DNA of 64,000 nucleotides from Rhodobacterales bacterium (lineage in GTDB: Bacteria; Pseudomonadota; Alphaproteobacteria; Rhodobacterales; Rhodobacteraceae). A program made the translations under genes and the position numbers. Location of the stretch: positions 170-64,169 of the forward strand of contig JANOER010000087.1 of NCBI GenBank assembly GCA_031441285.1, in the 5' to 3' direction. Positions 18,588-28,111 of this stretch are shown piece by piece. The first letter of the stretch is position 1. Every line of letters begins with the position of its first letter. The notes below the pieces were generated by a model. It was not told where the DNA came from and did not search any database. It saw only the letters and a list, made by a program, of their open reading frames with translations.

Positions 18588-19041
18588 TTGCGCCGACAGG
18601 CCCTTCTCCTCGCCACTCTCCTGCCGCTTGCGGCCTGCGGCGGCGGCACCACCACGATGCAATTCTATCCCCTTGAGGGTGCCATCGCGTCGGCCGATCC
18701 CGCGCTGGTGATCGAAGCGACGATGAGCAATGTGAACGGAACCTCGGGACCGCTCAGCTTTCGGCTGCCCGACAAGAACCGCTGCGACGGCACCTGGAGT
18801 TCCTTGACCCCCAAGACGATCTCACGCTCGGGCGGGCTGTCGCTGACCTGGAAAAAGGTGGGCGGGCGGCGACGTGGGCAGCAAGACCGACACCGTCGCC
18901 GGCGTGAACGACGGAGAGATCTACGCCGTCTGCGAAGATGGCACCCGGGTGCAAGGCACCTTCTCGCTCGGGTCGGGGACCGCGAGCGGCACGGGGTCTG
19001 CGACCGACACGAACGGGAACGTCTACAAGCTGTTGTTCTAG
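18588..19041 (+). pseudogene. small lipoprotein gene interrupted by a +1 frame change near 18861-18876
   Basis: TTG 18588 has GGA 7 nt upstream. Signal peptide plus lipobox LLATLLPLAAC. The sensible, GC3-rich reading switches frame in the run GGCGGGCGGCGAC and ends ..GNVYKLLF* at 19041. Confidence 0.55.
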
Positions 19042-19197
19042 GGGCCTCTCTCTCTGCCGTTTGCGGCATCCCGGCCGCCTTGGTCTGCCGTCAGAGAAGC
19101 TACAAACCCAACCAGACCAGCCGGAGCAACAGGTGGCGAACCTTGCCTCGAAAACCGTCCACCTGTTCGGGAATAGCTCAGGTCCGCCTTGCGGGCA

Positions 19198-20310
19198 TCA
19201 CCCGTACCCGGCAAGCGCGTCCTTGAGAAGGGTGCGCACCACGTCTTCCGGCACATCTTCGGCCACGAAGGCCTGGCCGATCCCGCGCGCGAGGATGAAG
19301 CGCAAGCGCCCGTCGATCACCTTCTTGTCCTGCCCCATCAGGCTGATCAGGGCCTCGGCGTCCGGCAGATCGCCCGGAATGTCGGCCAGATCGACTTTCA
19401 TCCCCATCACCGACAAATGCGCGCGGACCCGGCTGGGAACCTCTTGCGCGCACAGGCCAAGGCGGGCTGACAGCTCGAAGGCCAGTGCGCAGCCGATCGC
19501 CACGCCTTCGCCGTGCAAGAGACGCTCTGAATAGCCCGTGGCCTTTTCCAGCGCATGGCAGAAGGTATGGCCAAGGTTCAAAAGCGCGCGTTCGCCTTCT
19601 TCGGTCTCGTCCCGGCTGACGATGCCGGCCTTCATCTCGACCGAGCGGGTGACCGCGTGCAACCGCGCGCCCCTGTCGCCGGCCTTCAGCGCGGCCCCCT
19701 GCCCTTCCAGCCAGTCGAAGAACACGGCGTCGCCCAGAAGGCCGTATTTGACCACCTCGCCATAGCCCGACAGCACGTCGCGCCCGGCCAGCGTGTCAAG
19801 GACAGCGATGTCGGCCAGCACGAGGCTTGGCTGATGAAAGCTGCCGACAAGGTTCTTGCCCTGCGCGGTGTTGATCCCGGTCTTGCCGCCGACCGAACTG
19901 TCGACCTGCGCCAGCAGCGTGGTCGGCACTTGCACGAAGCGGACGCCCCGCCGCAGGATCGCGGTGGAAAAGCCGACAAGATCCCCGATCACCCCGCCAC
20001 CGAGGGCAATGACGACATCGCGCCGTTCGACCTTCTGCTCCAGCAGCCATTCGGTGCAGCGTTGCAGTTGCGCCCAGCCCTTGCTGGCTTCGCCCGGCGG
20101 CAAGGCCAGCGCGCTGACGGCGATGCCTTCGGCTTCAAGAGCGGCCGTCAGCGCCGGCAGATGCAGTGCGGCCACCGTTTCGTCGGTCACCACGGCGACG
20201 CGCTTGCGTGCCAGAAGCGGGGCGATCTCGGCCCCGGCGCGCGAGATCAGCCCGGCCCCGATCCGCACCTCATATGAGCGCGCCCCAAGTTCGACAGCAA
20301 CCCGGTTCAA
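19198..20310 (-). CDS. aroB: 3-dehydroquinate synthase
   Basis: ALGGGVIGDLVGF, VPTTLLAQVDSSVGGKTGIN. Confidence 0.92.
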   Translation of the reverse strand: MNRVAVELGARSYEVRIGAGLISRAGAEIAPLLARKRVAVVTDETVAALHLPALTAALEAEGIAVSALALPPGEASKGWAQLQRCTEWLLEQKVERRDVVIALGGGVIGDLVGFSTAILRRGVRFVQVPTTLLAQVDSSVGGKTGINTAQGKNLVGSFHQPSLVLADIAVLDTLAGRDVLSGYGEVVKYGLLGDAVFFDWLEGQGAALKAGDRGARLHAVTRSVEMKAGIVSRDETEEGERALLNLGHTFCHALEKATGYSERLLHGEGVAIGCALAFELSARLGLCAQEVPSRVRAHLSVMGMKVDLADIPGDLPDAEALISLMGQDKKVIDGRLRFILARGIGQAFVAEDVPEDVVRTLLKDALAGYG

Positions 20311-20852
20311 ACCTGTTCTCCCATGACGTCAGACCGGGTTGCAAGCGCGTCAAACACCCTGGCTGCCATGTTCTCGACGGACAGCTCGCTTGACGCGTCG
20401 ACGATCAGGTCGGCCTTGGCGTAATGCGGCAGCCGGGCCTCATAAAGCGCGCGCAGCGTTTCGCGCGGGTTCGGCGTGCGCAGCAGCGGGCGCGTCGTCT
20501 TGTGGCGGACCCGTTGCCACAGAAGATCAAGGTCGGCCCGCAACCAGACCGATACCCCAACGTCATGAATGAGCTGGCGATTGGCCGGCGCAAGAAAGGC
20601 GCCGCCTCCCGTGGACAGCACGCAAGGCGTGCCCCGCAGCAACCGCGCTATAACCTCGGCTTCGCGTGCGCGAAAGAAGGCCTCGCCGTCGCGTTCGAAG
20701 ATCTCGGCGATGCTGCGGCTGGCGGCGCGCACGATCTCGTCGTCGGAATCGCGGAACTCCACGCCCAACTGCCGGGCAAGCGCGGTGCCGACTGCCGTCT
20801 TGCCCGCGCCCATCATTCCGACCATCACCACAGTCTTGACCAACTGGACCAT
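20307..20852 (-). CDS. aroK: shikimate kinase
   Basis: Walker A GMMGAGKTAVG. 4-nt overlap with aroB. Confidence 0.9.
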   Translation of the reverse strand: MVQLVKTVVMVGMMGAGKTAVGTALARQLGVEFRDSDDEIVRAASRSIAEIFERDGEAFFRAREAEVIARLLRGTPCVLSTGGGAFLAPANRQLIHDVGVSVWLRADLDLLWQRVRHKTTRPLLRTPNPRETLRALYEARLPHYAKADLIVDASSELSVENMAARVFDALATRSDVMGEQV

Positions 20853-21051
20853 GCGACCGATGCAACCCCGTTCCGTAGCGGCAGTCCCTTGCCGAAAGGA
20901 AATCTTTCGCCCTCAATGGCGTGAAGTTCGGGCGAATGCTATATACAATCTCAACCACGGTCGCCCCACTTGGCCCGAAGGTCGGACAGGGGCGCAAGAA
21001 GATCCGGCAGGCAACGCTGCCCGGCCATGAGACACGAGGATGGGCAAGGCT

Positions 21052-21186
21052 ATGGGTCGAATCATCAAGGCATTGATTTGGCTTGTGATCATCGGGTTCG
21101 CCGGGTTGACAGGTTACGCCTATCTTGGCGATCTGACCCCGGTTCAGGGCGAAGTCAAAGAGCCCGTGGTGCTGAATGCGGACTAG
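21052..21186 (+). CDS. small single-TM protein (44 aa; 48 aa if ATG 21040)
   Basis: Hand translation gives MGRIIKALIWLVIIGFAGLTGYAYLGDLTPVQGEVKEPVVLNAD*. Overlaps the next gene start by 11 nt. Below the track cutoff. Confidence 0.35.
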   Translation: MGRIIKALIWLVIIGFAGLTGYAYLGDLTPVQGEVKEPVVLNAD

Positions 21187-22732
21187 TATCGCAAGCGCTG
21201 CCAGCCTCATGATCCTTGCCGGCGTCGCCGCCGCTCAGGAGGGCGGCCCGCTCAGCGCCATCGACTGGCTGTCGCAGTCGATCGCCACACCGGTCGGGCA
21301 GGAATCCGGCGGCATCGCCATCGCCATCGACGAACCTCCGGTGACGGGTCAGGGCGGTGCCTTGCCTGAACCCGTTGCCACGACCGCACTTGACGGACCG
21401 ACGCCCGATGCGACCGGGCTCATTCCCGTCGCGGTCTCCGGCCTGCCGCGCGACCTGTGGGGTGCGGGCCTGACACGTGAGATCGCCGCGCGCCTTCTGG
21501 CGCACCCGGATGATGATCTTCCGGCGCTGCGGCAGCTTTTCCTGACCATCCTTCTGGCCGAAGTGCAGGCCCCCGTCGACGCCGGCGGCAAGGGCGAGCT
21601 TTTGCAGGTCCGGATCGACAAGCTGCTGGCGCTTGGCGCACTGGAACAGGCCGCTGCACTGATAGATGCCGTCGGAGCGACCACACCCGGCATGTTCCGC
21701 CGCGCCTTCGACGTGGCCCTGCTGACCGGCGCCGAGGACCGTGCCTGCGAGACGATGGCCGCCGCACCGCACCTTGCCCCGACCGTGCCCGCGCAGATCT
21801 TCTGCCTTGCCCGCTCGGGCGACTGGGACACCGCCGCGCTGACCTTGCACAGCGCCGAGGCCCTGGGCGAAATCGGCCCCGATCAAGCTGCCCTTCTTGC
21901 GCGCTTTCTTGACCCCGATCTTTTCGAAGGTGACCCGGTGCCGCCGGCCCCGAACCCGGTAACTCCGCTTGACTGGATGATGTTCGAGGCTATCGGCGAG
22001 CCTTTGGCAACCGAAAACCTGCCGGTCGCCTTTTCCTATGCCGAGCTTGGCCCCCGCGCGGGATGGAAAGCGCAGATCGAGGCCGCCGAGCGGCTGACCC
22101 GTGGCGGCACCATTCCGCCGAACCTGATCCTTGGCCTATATACCGAACGCGCGCCTGCGGCTTCGGGCGGGGTCTGGGACCGGGCCGCGGCCTTCCAGCG
22201 GTTCGAGACGGCCCTCGGCTCGGGCGACGCGGGCCGCCTTGCGCTGGCCCTGCCCGCCGTCTGGGTGCGGATGCAGGAGGCCGAACTTGAAGTGCCCTTC
22301 GCACTTCTGTTCGGCAAGGCGCTGATCGACCTGCCGCTTGAGGGGGAGGCGGCCGGCATTGCTCTGCGTGTGGCGCTGCTGTCGCCCTACCTTGAAAGTG
22401 CCGCCCGCCGGATGAAGCCTGCCGACCAGACCGAAGCCTTCCTTCTGGGCCTGGCGCGCGGCGACATCTCTGCCGTCATTCCGCCCGACAGTCTGGCGCG
22501 CGCAATCGCCGCCGCCTATCGCAGCCCCGCCCTGCCCGTCGAGGGCAAGGAATTTCTGGACGGCAACCGCAAGGGCGAAGCGATCCTGGTCGCGATAGAC
22601 AGCATCGGGCGCGGCGTGCAAGGCGACCTGCGCGGGGTGACCGAGGGGCTGTCGCTCTTGCGCGCCGTCGGACTGGACACCATCGCGCGGCGCACGGCGC
22701 TTGAACTCATGATCCTTGAACGGCGAGGCTGA
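21176..22732 (+). CDS. secreted conserved hypothetical protein
   Basis: Signal peptide MRTSIASAASLMILAGVAAAQE. Ala/Leu-rich helical repeats. Sits between aroK and xerD. Confidence 0.6.
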   Translation: MRTSIASAASLMILAGVAAAQEGGPLSAIDWLSQSIATPVGQESGGIAIAIDEPPVTGQGGALPEPVATTALDGPTPDATGLIPVAVSGLPRDLWGAGLTREIAARLLAHPDDDLPALRQLFLTILLAEVQAPVDAGGKGELLQVRIDKLLALGALEQAAALIDAVGATTPGMFRRAFDVALLTGAEDRACETMAAAPHLAPTVPAQIFCLARSGDWDTAALTLHSAEALGEIGPDQAALLARFLDPDLFEGDPVPPAPNPVTPLDWMMFEAIGEPLATENLPVAFSYAELGPRAGWKAQIEAAERLTRGGTIPPNLILGLYTERAPAASGGVWDRAAAFQRFETALGSGDAGRLALALPAVWVRMQEAELEVPFALLFGKALIDLPLEGEAAGIALRVALLSPYLESAARRMKPADQTEAFLLGLARGDISAVIPPDSLARAIAAAYRSPALPVEGKEFLDGNRKGEAILVAIDSIGRGVQGDLRGVTEGLSLLRAVGLDTIARRTALELMILERRG

Positions 22733-22736
22733 GCCG

Positions 22737-23690
22737 ATGCCCGCTGCCGAGGCCAGCCGCTGGATCTCGACCTTCCTTGACGCCCGCGCGGCCGAGTTTG
22801 GCGCGGCACGGAACACCCGCCTGGCCTATGGCCGCGATCTTGTCGATTTTGCCACATGGCTGGATCGGCAGGGGATCAGCCTGCCAGACGCCGACCGAAG
22901 GGCTGTCGAGGGCTACCTTGTGCAGTGTGACGCGCAGGGCCTGTCGAAGGCGACCCGCGCACGCCGCCTGTCGTCGATCCGGCAGCTTTTCCGCTTTGCC
23001 TTCGACGAAGGCTGGCGCAGCGACAACCCGGCGCTGCGGCTGACCGGACCCGGCAAATCGCAAAGCCTGCCCAAGACGCTTAGCGAGGCCGAGGTGTCGC
23101 GCCTGATCGACGCCGCACGCCTGCGCGGCCGGTCGGCCGCAGACCGGCTGCGCGACACGGCGCTGTTCGAACTTCTTTACGCCACGGGCCTTCGGGTCAG
23201 CGAACTTGTCAGCCTGCCGGTCGCGGCGGTGCGCGGCGATCCCAGGATGATCCTGGTCCGGGGCAAGGGCGACAAGGAACGCATGGTGCCGCTGTCCGGC
23301 CCGGCGCGCGCCGCCCTGGCTGAATGGCTGGACCACCGCGACCGGGACGACGAGGCCGGCCGGATTGCCGGACGCCCGGCCTCGCGGTTCCTGTTCCCCG
23401 GCAACGGGCGCGACGGCCACCTGACGCGGCAATCCTTTCACGCCCTGGTCAAGGACGTGGCGGTTCAGGCCGGGATTTCGCCGGCAAAGGTGACGCCGCA
23501 TGTCCTGCGTCACGCCTTTGCCACCCATCTTCTGGCGCATGGCGCCGACCTGCTGGTGATCCAGACGCTCCTCGGCCATGCCGATGTGGCCACCACCGAG
23601 ATCTATACCCATGTGCTGGACGACCATCTGACCCGGCTGGTCCTGACCCGCCACCCCCTGGCCCGCCCCGGCCTTGATCGCAAAGGCTGA
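22737..23690 (+). CDS. xerD: site-specific tyrosine recombinase XerD
   Basis: HVLRHAFATHLL..LLGHADVATTEIYTHV catalytic region. ATG 22737 chosen over TTG 22716. Confidence 0.85.
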   Translation: MPAAEASRWISTFLDARAAEFGAARNTRLAYGRDLVDFATWLDRQGISLPDADRRAVEGYLVQCDAQGLSKATRARRLSSIRQLFRFAFDEGWRSDNPALRLTGPGKSQSLPKTLSEAEVSRLIDAARLRGRSAADRLRDTALFELLYATGLRVSELVSLPVAAVRGDPRMILVRGKGDKERMVPLSGPARAALAEWLDHRDRDDEAGRIAGRPASRFLFPGNGRDGHLTRQSFHALVKDVAVQAGISPAKVTPHVLRHAFATHLLAHGADLLVIQTLLGHADVATTEIYTHVLDDHLTRLVLTRHPLARPGLDRKG

Positions 23691-23699
23691 CCGGTGACC

Positions 23700-24572
23700 A
23701 TGCTTTCCACCCTTGTCGAAGGCATCGGCCGCAGCCTGCGGCGGGTGTTCGGCCCTGCGCCGGGCCCTGGAGGCCAGCAGTCGGCCGGGCGAGAGCGGCT
23801 TGCCGGTGCAATCGAACGCGGCCATGTCTCGGGCGCGGTCGAAAAAGAGGACCGCGACCGGCTTCTGGGCGCGCTTGATCTCAGCCACCGCACGGTGGAC
23901 GAGATCATGCGCCCCCGCCGCCAGATCGAGATGATCGACGCCAGCCTGCCGCCGGGCGAGATCATCACCCGGGTGCTTGCCTCGTCCCACACCCGCCTGC
24001 CGATCTATCGCGACAGCGATGAAAACATCCTTGGCGTCATCCATGCCAAGGATCTCTTGCGCGAGGTGGACCGGCTGATCCGCGGCGAGGATCGCCCGGT
24101 CGCCGGAATCGAAGGGCTGGACATCGTCAAGGTGGCGATGAAGCCATACTTCATCCCCGACACCACCCCGCTGGACGAACAGATGCGCGAATTCCTGTCG
24201 CGGCGGACCCATTTCGCGCTTGTGGTCGATGAATACGGCGCACTTCAGGGTTTGATCACCCTGGAAGACATCCTGGAAGAAATCGTCGGCGACATCACCG
24301 ACGAGTTCGACGTGGTTCACAAGGATGCCGGTCTTTCGCTGGCGCAAGACGGCGGCTATCTGGTCGAAGGCGCGATGACGATCCGCGACCTGAACCGCGC
24401 GACCGACTGGCGCCTGCCCGATGACGAGGCGAACACCGTCGCGGGCCTCGTGATCCACGAAGCGCAGATGATCCCGAACGAGGGCCAGGTCTTCAGCTTT
24501 CACGGCTTTCGCTTCGAAGTCGCTGCACGGCGGGAAAACCGGATTACCAAGCTGAAACTGCGGCGGCTTTGA
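23700..24572 (+). CDS. CBS-pair / CorC-HlyC domain protein (hemolysin C/CorC family)
   Basis: TVDEIMRPR..LPIYRD..ILGVIHAKDL CBS region and a C-terminal CorC_HlyC-like domain. GTG 23694 is an alternative start. Confidence 0.75.
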   Translation: MLSTLVEGIGRSLRRVFGPAPGPGGQQSAGRERLAGAIERGHVSGAVEKEDRDRLLGALDLSHRTVDEIMRPRRQIEMIDASLPPGEIITRVLASSHTRLPIYRDSDENILGVIHAKDLLREVDRLIRGEDRPVAGIEGLDIVKVAMKPYFIPDTTPLDEQMREFLSRRTHFALVVDEYGALQGLITLEDILEEIVGDITDEFDVVHKDAGLSLAQDGGYLVEGAMTIRDLNRATDWRLPDDEANTVAGLVIHEAQMIPNEGQVFSFHGFRFEVAARRENRITKLKLRRL

Positions 24573-24683
24573 CCGGGGCCTGGGCTGGACCGGCTGCACC
24601 TTCGGATTTGGACGCCGAAGCACCCATCGAGCGGGCGCCAGCGTTGTCTCAGGTATCTTCTATAACAGACTGATTAAATAGGC

Positions 24684-25493
24684 TTATCGTTTTCCAGCCT
24701 GCCGTACGGCTGTCTTGGCCGCGCCGGTCGCGGCCCAGTCCGCCACGGCCGCGCCAAAGGCCTTGAACAGCGGCCGCGAGACCGGATCGTTGCCGGCATT
24801 CCATTCGGGATGCCATTGCACCGACAGGGTAAAGCCGGGCGCGTCCTTGACATAAAGCGCCTCTGCAGTGCCGTCCGACGCCTGCCCGTCGATCATGATC
24901 CCCGGCGCCGGGCGGTCGATCCCCTGACCGTGCAGCGTATTGGTCATCACCTCGCGCGCGCCCATCAGCAGATGGAACGGGCCCCCGTCGCTGAACTGCA
25001 CCGCATGGCGCAGTGCGAACTGTTCATCAAGCGCGCCGTCGGGTGGCATCCGATGGTTCATCCGCCCCGGCAGGTCACGGATCTCGGGGTGAAGCGTACC
25101 TCCAAGGGCCACGTTCACTTCCTGAAATCCCCGGCAGATCCCCAGGAAGGGTTGCCCCCGGTCGACGCAGGCACGGATCAGCGGCAGGGTGATCGCATCG
25201 CGGCCCCGGTCAAAGGCACCGTGCGCCGGAGTTTCCGTCTCGCCGTATTCGCTGGGATGGACATTCGGCCTGCCCCCGGTCAGGAGAAACCCGTCGCACA
25301 GATCCAGCAGATCTCCGACCCCGACAAAGCGCGGGTCCGACGGGATGATCAGCGGCAGGCAGCCCGCAACCTCGGCCACGGCGGCGGAATTCATCGTGCC
25401 ACTGGTATGCACATGGTAGCTGTCGTTGATCAGGTAGCTGTTCCCGATGATCCCGACGACCGGTCGTCTGCCCGCACTTTCCACCACTGTCAC
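24684..25493 (-). CDS. gamma-glutamyl-GABA hydrolase-like class I glutamine amidotransferase (peptidase C26)
   Basis: FLGICRGFQEVNVALGG nucleophile elbow and SVQWHPEW motif. Confidence 0.75.
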   Translation of the reverse strand: MTVVESAGRRPVVGIIGNSYLINDSYHVHTSGTMNSAAVAEVAGCLPLIIPSDPRFVGVGDLLDLCDGFLLTGGRPNVHPSEYGETETPAHGAFDRGRDAITLPLIRACVDRGQPFLGICRGFQEVNVALGGTLHPEIRDLPGRMNHRMPPDGALDEQFALRHAVQFSDGGPFHLLMGAREVMTNTLHGQGIDRPAPGIMIDGQASDGTAEALYVKDAPGFTLSVQWHPEWNAGNDPVSRPLFKAFGAAVADWAATGAAKTAVRQAGKR

Positions 25494-25698
25494 CGCTGCT
25501 GGCTACACTTGTTTCAGGCGCGAGGATAGCCTTCCCTGGCCCGCTGGGAAAGGGCCGTGGCCCGGCCCTTGGCGCACAGGCCGCGTTTCCAGGTGCACAG
25601 GCGCCCCGGGATGCCGGAGGGATCACGCGGAAATGACTGTCCTTCCCCCGCCGGAAGCCTGCATCTGAAGGCGAGAAGATCATCAGCAGGACCAGAAC

Positions 25699-26073
25699 AT
25701 GCCGAAACTTACCCCCCTTGCCGCTGTCCTTGCGGTAGCTGCCGCCTTTGCCGCTCCGGGTCTTGCCGGCGCCGAAGAAACCACCGGGCACGAGGGCCAC
25801 GCGATGATGGGCGACACGGGGCCCGCGTCGATGGCGTTCATGCAGGCCAATGACCGGATGCATTCCGGCATGGCGATCGAATTCAGCGGCAATGCCGATG
25901 TGGATTTCGTCCGTGGAATGCTTCCGCACCACCAGGGCGCGGTCGACATGGCCCGGATCGTGCTTGAGCATGGGTCCGACCCCGAGGTGCGGAAACTGGC
26001 CGAAGCCGTGATCGCCGCGCAAGAGGCCGAGATCGCCTGGATGCAGGACTGGCTGGCCGCGAACGGCGGCTGA
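25699..26073 (+). CDS. DUF305 domain protein (periplasmic, metal-related)
   Basis: Signal peptide. DVDFVRGMLPHHQGAVDMA and AIIAAQEAEIAWM-like motifs. Confidence 0.8.
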   Translation: MPKLTPLAAVLAVAAAFAAPGLAGAEETTGHEGHAMMGDTGPASMAFMQANDRMHSGMAIEFSGNADVDFVRGMLPHHQGAVDMARIVLEHGSDPEVRKLAEAVIAAQEAEIAWMQDWLAANGG

Positions 26074-26077
26074 CGCG

Positions 26078-26785
26078 TCAGGCCCTTCGCGCGAGGTAGG
26101 CTTCCGCAACCTCGACCATCCGGGCGCGGGTCATCTCTGGCCCGTGCCCGCCGATGACAAGGCTGCAGTCAAGATGACGCAACCGCTCCATCGTCACAAG
26201 ATAGTCGGGGACTGACGCACCCGGCAGGTCGTCGAAGATGTCGTCGTCGTAGATCGCGTCGCCCGAGAGGAAAAGCCCGTCCCTCTCGTCAAACAGGCCG
26301 ATCCCGCCGGGCGAATGGCCGGGCAGGTGCAGGACGGTGAACCTGCGGTCGCCAAGGTCGATCCGGTCGCCCTCGGCCAATGCTGCGGTCAGGGGTGCGG
26401 GGCGAAGGGTCCAATTGGCAATGGCAAATCCCGGCGGTGGCGGGACGACAACCTCCGGCCAGTCCCGGAACTCGTCGGCGAAGGTTTCGCAGCCCGGCAG
26501 GCCGGCAAATCCTGCAGCTTCGGTGGCGTGGCCAAGCCGATCGGCAAATTCATGAAAGCCGCCGATATGATCGACATGGGCGTGGCTTGCGACGGCAACC
26601 ACCGGCTTGGCTGTCAACGGCAGCGCCGGCCGCAGCGGCATCACCCCGCAGCCGAAGTCGAACTGCAGGTCGCGGTCGCGGCCAAGGACGGTGACCATCG
26701 CCGCCTGAAACATCGGAGCAACCGCCGGCTCCAGCGTCACGATCACGTCGGGCCCAAGTGCGCGGCTGCGAAACCAGCCGCTCAT
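26078..26785 (-). CDS. MBL-fold metallo-hydrolase
   Basis: HAHVDHIGG (HxHxDH) motif. Confidence 0.75.
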   Translation of the reverse strand: MSGWFRSRALGPDVIVTLEPAVAPMFQAAMVTVLGRDRDLQFDFGCGVMPLRPALPLTAKPVVAVASHAHVDHIGGFHEFADRLGHATEAAGFAGLPGCETFADEFRDWPEVVVPPPPGFAIANWTLRPAPLTAALAEGDRIDLGDRRFTVLHLPGHSPGGIGLFDERDGLFLSGDAIYDDDIFDDLPGASVPDYLVTMERLRHLDCSLVIGGHGPEMTRARMVEVAEAYLARRA

Positions 26786-27984
26786 GCCCCTGCCGCCACC
26801 ACTCGGGCCGCCGCCGCAAGCGCCCCCGGCCCATGCGGGATGTCAAGCGCGACCATCCCCGCCTCCATCACTGCCAGCGCCCCCAGCGTCATATGGGCGT
26901 TGACATGGCCCATATGCGCCACCCGCAGGAAGCCGTGACCGTCCGGGTCGGTCGCGGTTGCCATGCCAAGACCGATCCCGAGGGTCACGCCGGCCCGGGT
27001 CTCGCACCATTGCCGCAGCCGTCTGGCATCGGGCGCGCCGATCCGTGCCGCCGTCACCGACCAGCCCCGCTGCGCCGGGTCGGCCACGTTCATCGCGATC
27101 TCGGGATTGCCTGCCCCCCAGGCGTCAAACGCGGCCCAGACCGCGCCCGCCAGCACCCGGTGCCGGTTCCAGACCTGCGGCATGCCTTCCTCGTGCAACA
27201 TGTCCAGCGCTTCGCGCAGGCCGAAAAGGTGGCTTGTGGGCGCAGTACCATCCCAGATCTGCCAGAACTCCGACGGCTGGGCCCTTGGGCCCCAGGCCCA
27301 GTAGGGCGTCGCCAGATCGCCGCCCGCGCACATGCCGCGGGCCGCTTCCGAAAACCAGACGAAGGACATGCCCGGCGGGGTCATCAGGCCCTTCTGGCAG
27401 GCCGCGACCATGACATCGACACCCCAGGCGTCCATGTGAAACTCGTCGCAGCCAAGGCTTGCGATGCAGTCCACCGCAAGGAGCGCCGGATGCCCCGCCG
27501 CGTCAATCGCCGCCCGAAGTGCGGGAATGTCGGTCTTGGTCGTGCTGGCGGTATCGACATGGGTGGTCAACACCGCCTTGATCCGGTGCCCGGTGTCGGC
27601 GCGCAGCAGCGCCTCGATGCGCCCCATATCCACCGGGGCGGATCGGCCGAAGTCCATGACCTCGACCTCGATCCCCATCGCGCGCGCCGCATTGGCCCAG
27701 CTTAGCCCGAACTGGCCAGTGGCCAGCACCAGCGCCTTCTCTCCGCGTGAGAAGATGTTGGCATTCGCCGCCTCCCAGGCGGCATGGCCGTTGCCGATAT
27801 ACATCGCCACATGCCCCGTCGTGCCCGCAACCGCCCGCAGATCGGGCCAGAGGCTGGCAACGAGGTCAACCAGCGGCCCCTCGTAGATGTTCGGCGAGCC
27901 CCGGTGCATCGCCCGCAACACCCGGTCGGGGATGACCGAGGGGCCGGGAATTGCCAGATAAGGGCGGCCGTGGGAAAGGCTCAT
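26782..27984 (-). CDS. class V aminotransferase (serine/alanine-glyoxylate type)
   Basis: Size and fold-typical pattern (IPGPSVIPDRVLRAM, ACQKGLMTPPG with the PLP lysine). 4-nt overlap with the MBL gene. Confidence 0.75.
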   Translation of the reverse strand: MSLSHGRPYLAIPGPSVIPDRVLRAMHRGSPNIYEGPLVDLVASLWPDLRAVAGTTGHVAMYIGNGHAAWEAANANIFSRGEKALVLATGQFGLSWANAARAMGIEVEVMDFGRSAPVDMGRIEALLRADTGHRIKAVLTTHVDTASTTKTDIPALRAAIDAAGHPALLAVDCIASLGCDEFHMDAWGVDVMVAACQKGLMTPPGMSFVWFSEAARGMCAGGDLATPYWAWGPRAQPSEFWQIWDGTAPTSHLFGLREALDMLHEEGMPQVWNRHRVLAGAVWAAFDAWGAGNPEIAMNVADPAQRGWSVTAARIGAPDARRLRQWCETRAGVTLGIGLGMATATDPDGHGFLRVAHMGHVNAHMTLGALAVMEAGMVALDIPHGPGALAAAARVVAAGA

Positions 27985-28111
27985 GCGTCACTCCTGCACT
28001 TCAGCCGCCATGGCTATGCCCGGCTTCGGGCAGCGTCAATCAGGCCCGGCTTGAGGGTGCGTCACTTTCCCGCTAAACCCGGCCCTGCCCCTTTCCGAAA
28101 GGCCCCCGCCC

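Noticed and set aside
18478-19200. Possible genomic island or integrated element at tRNA-Gln.
   Set aside because: There is no integrase, no repeat of the tRNA 3' end and no compositional shift. Downstream are only a small (frameshifted) lipoprotein gene and then aroB-aroK.
22737-23690. Tyrosine recombinase as a marker of a mobile element or prophage.
   Set aside because: The sequence and size fit chromosomal XerD. It sits in housekeeping context (aroK-aroB on one side, a corC-like gene on the other), with no phage or IS genes.
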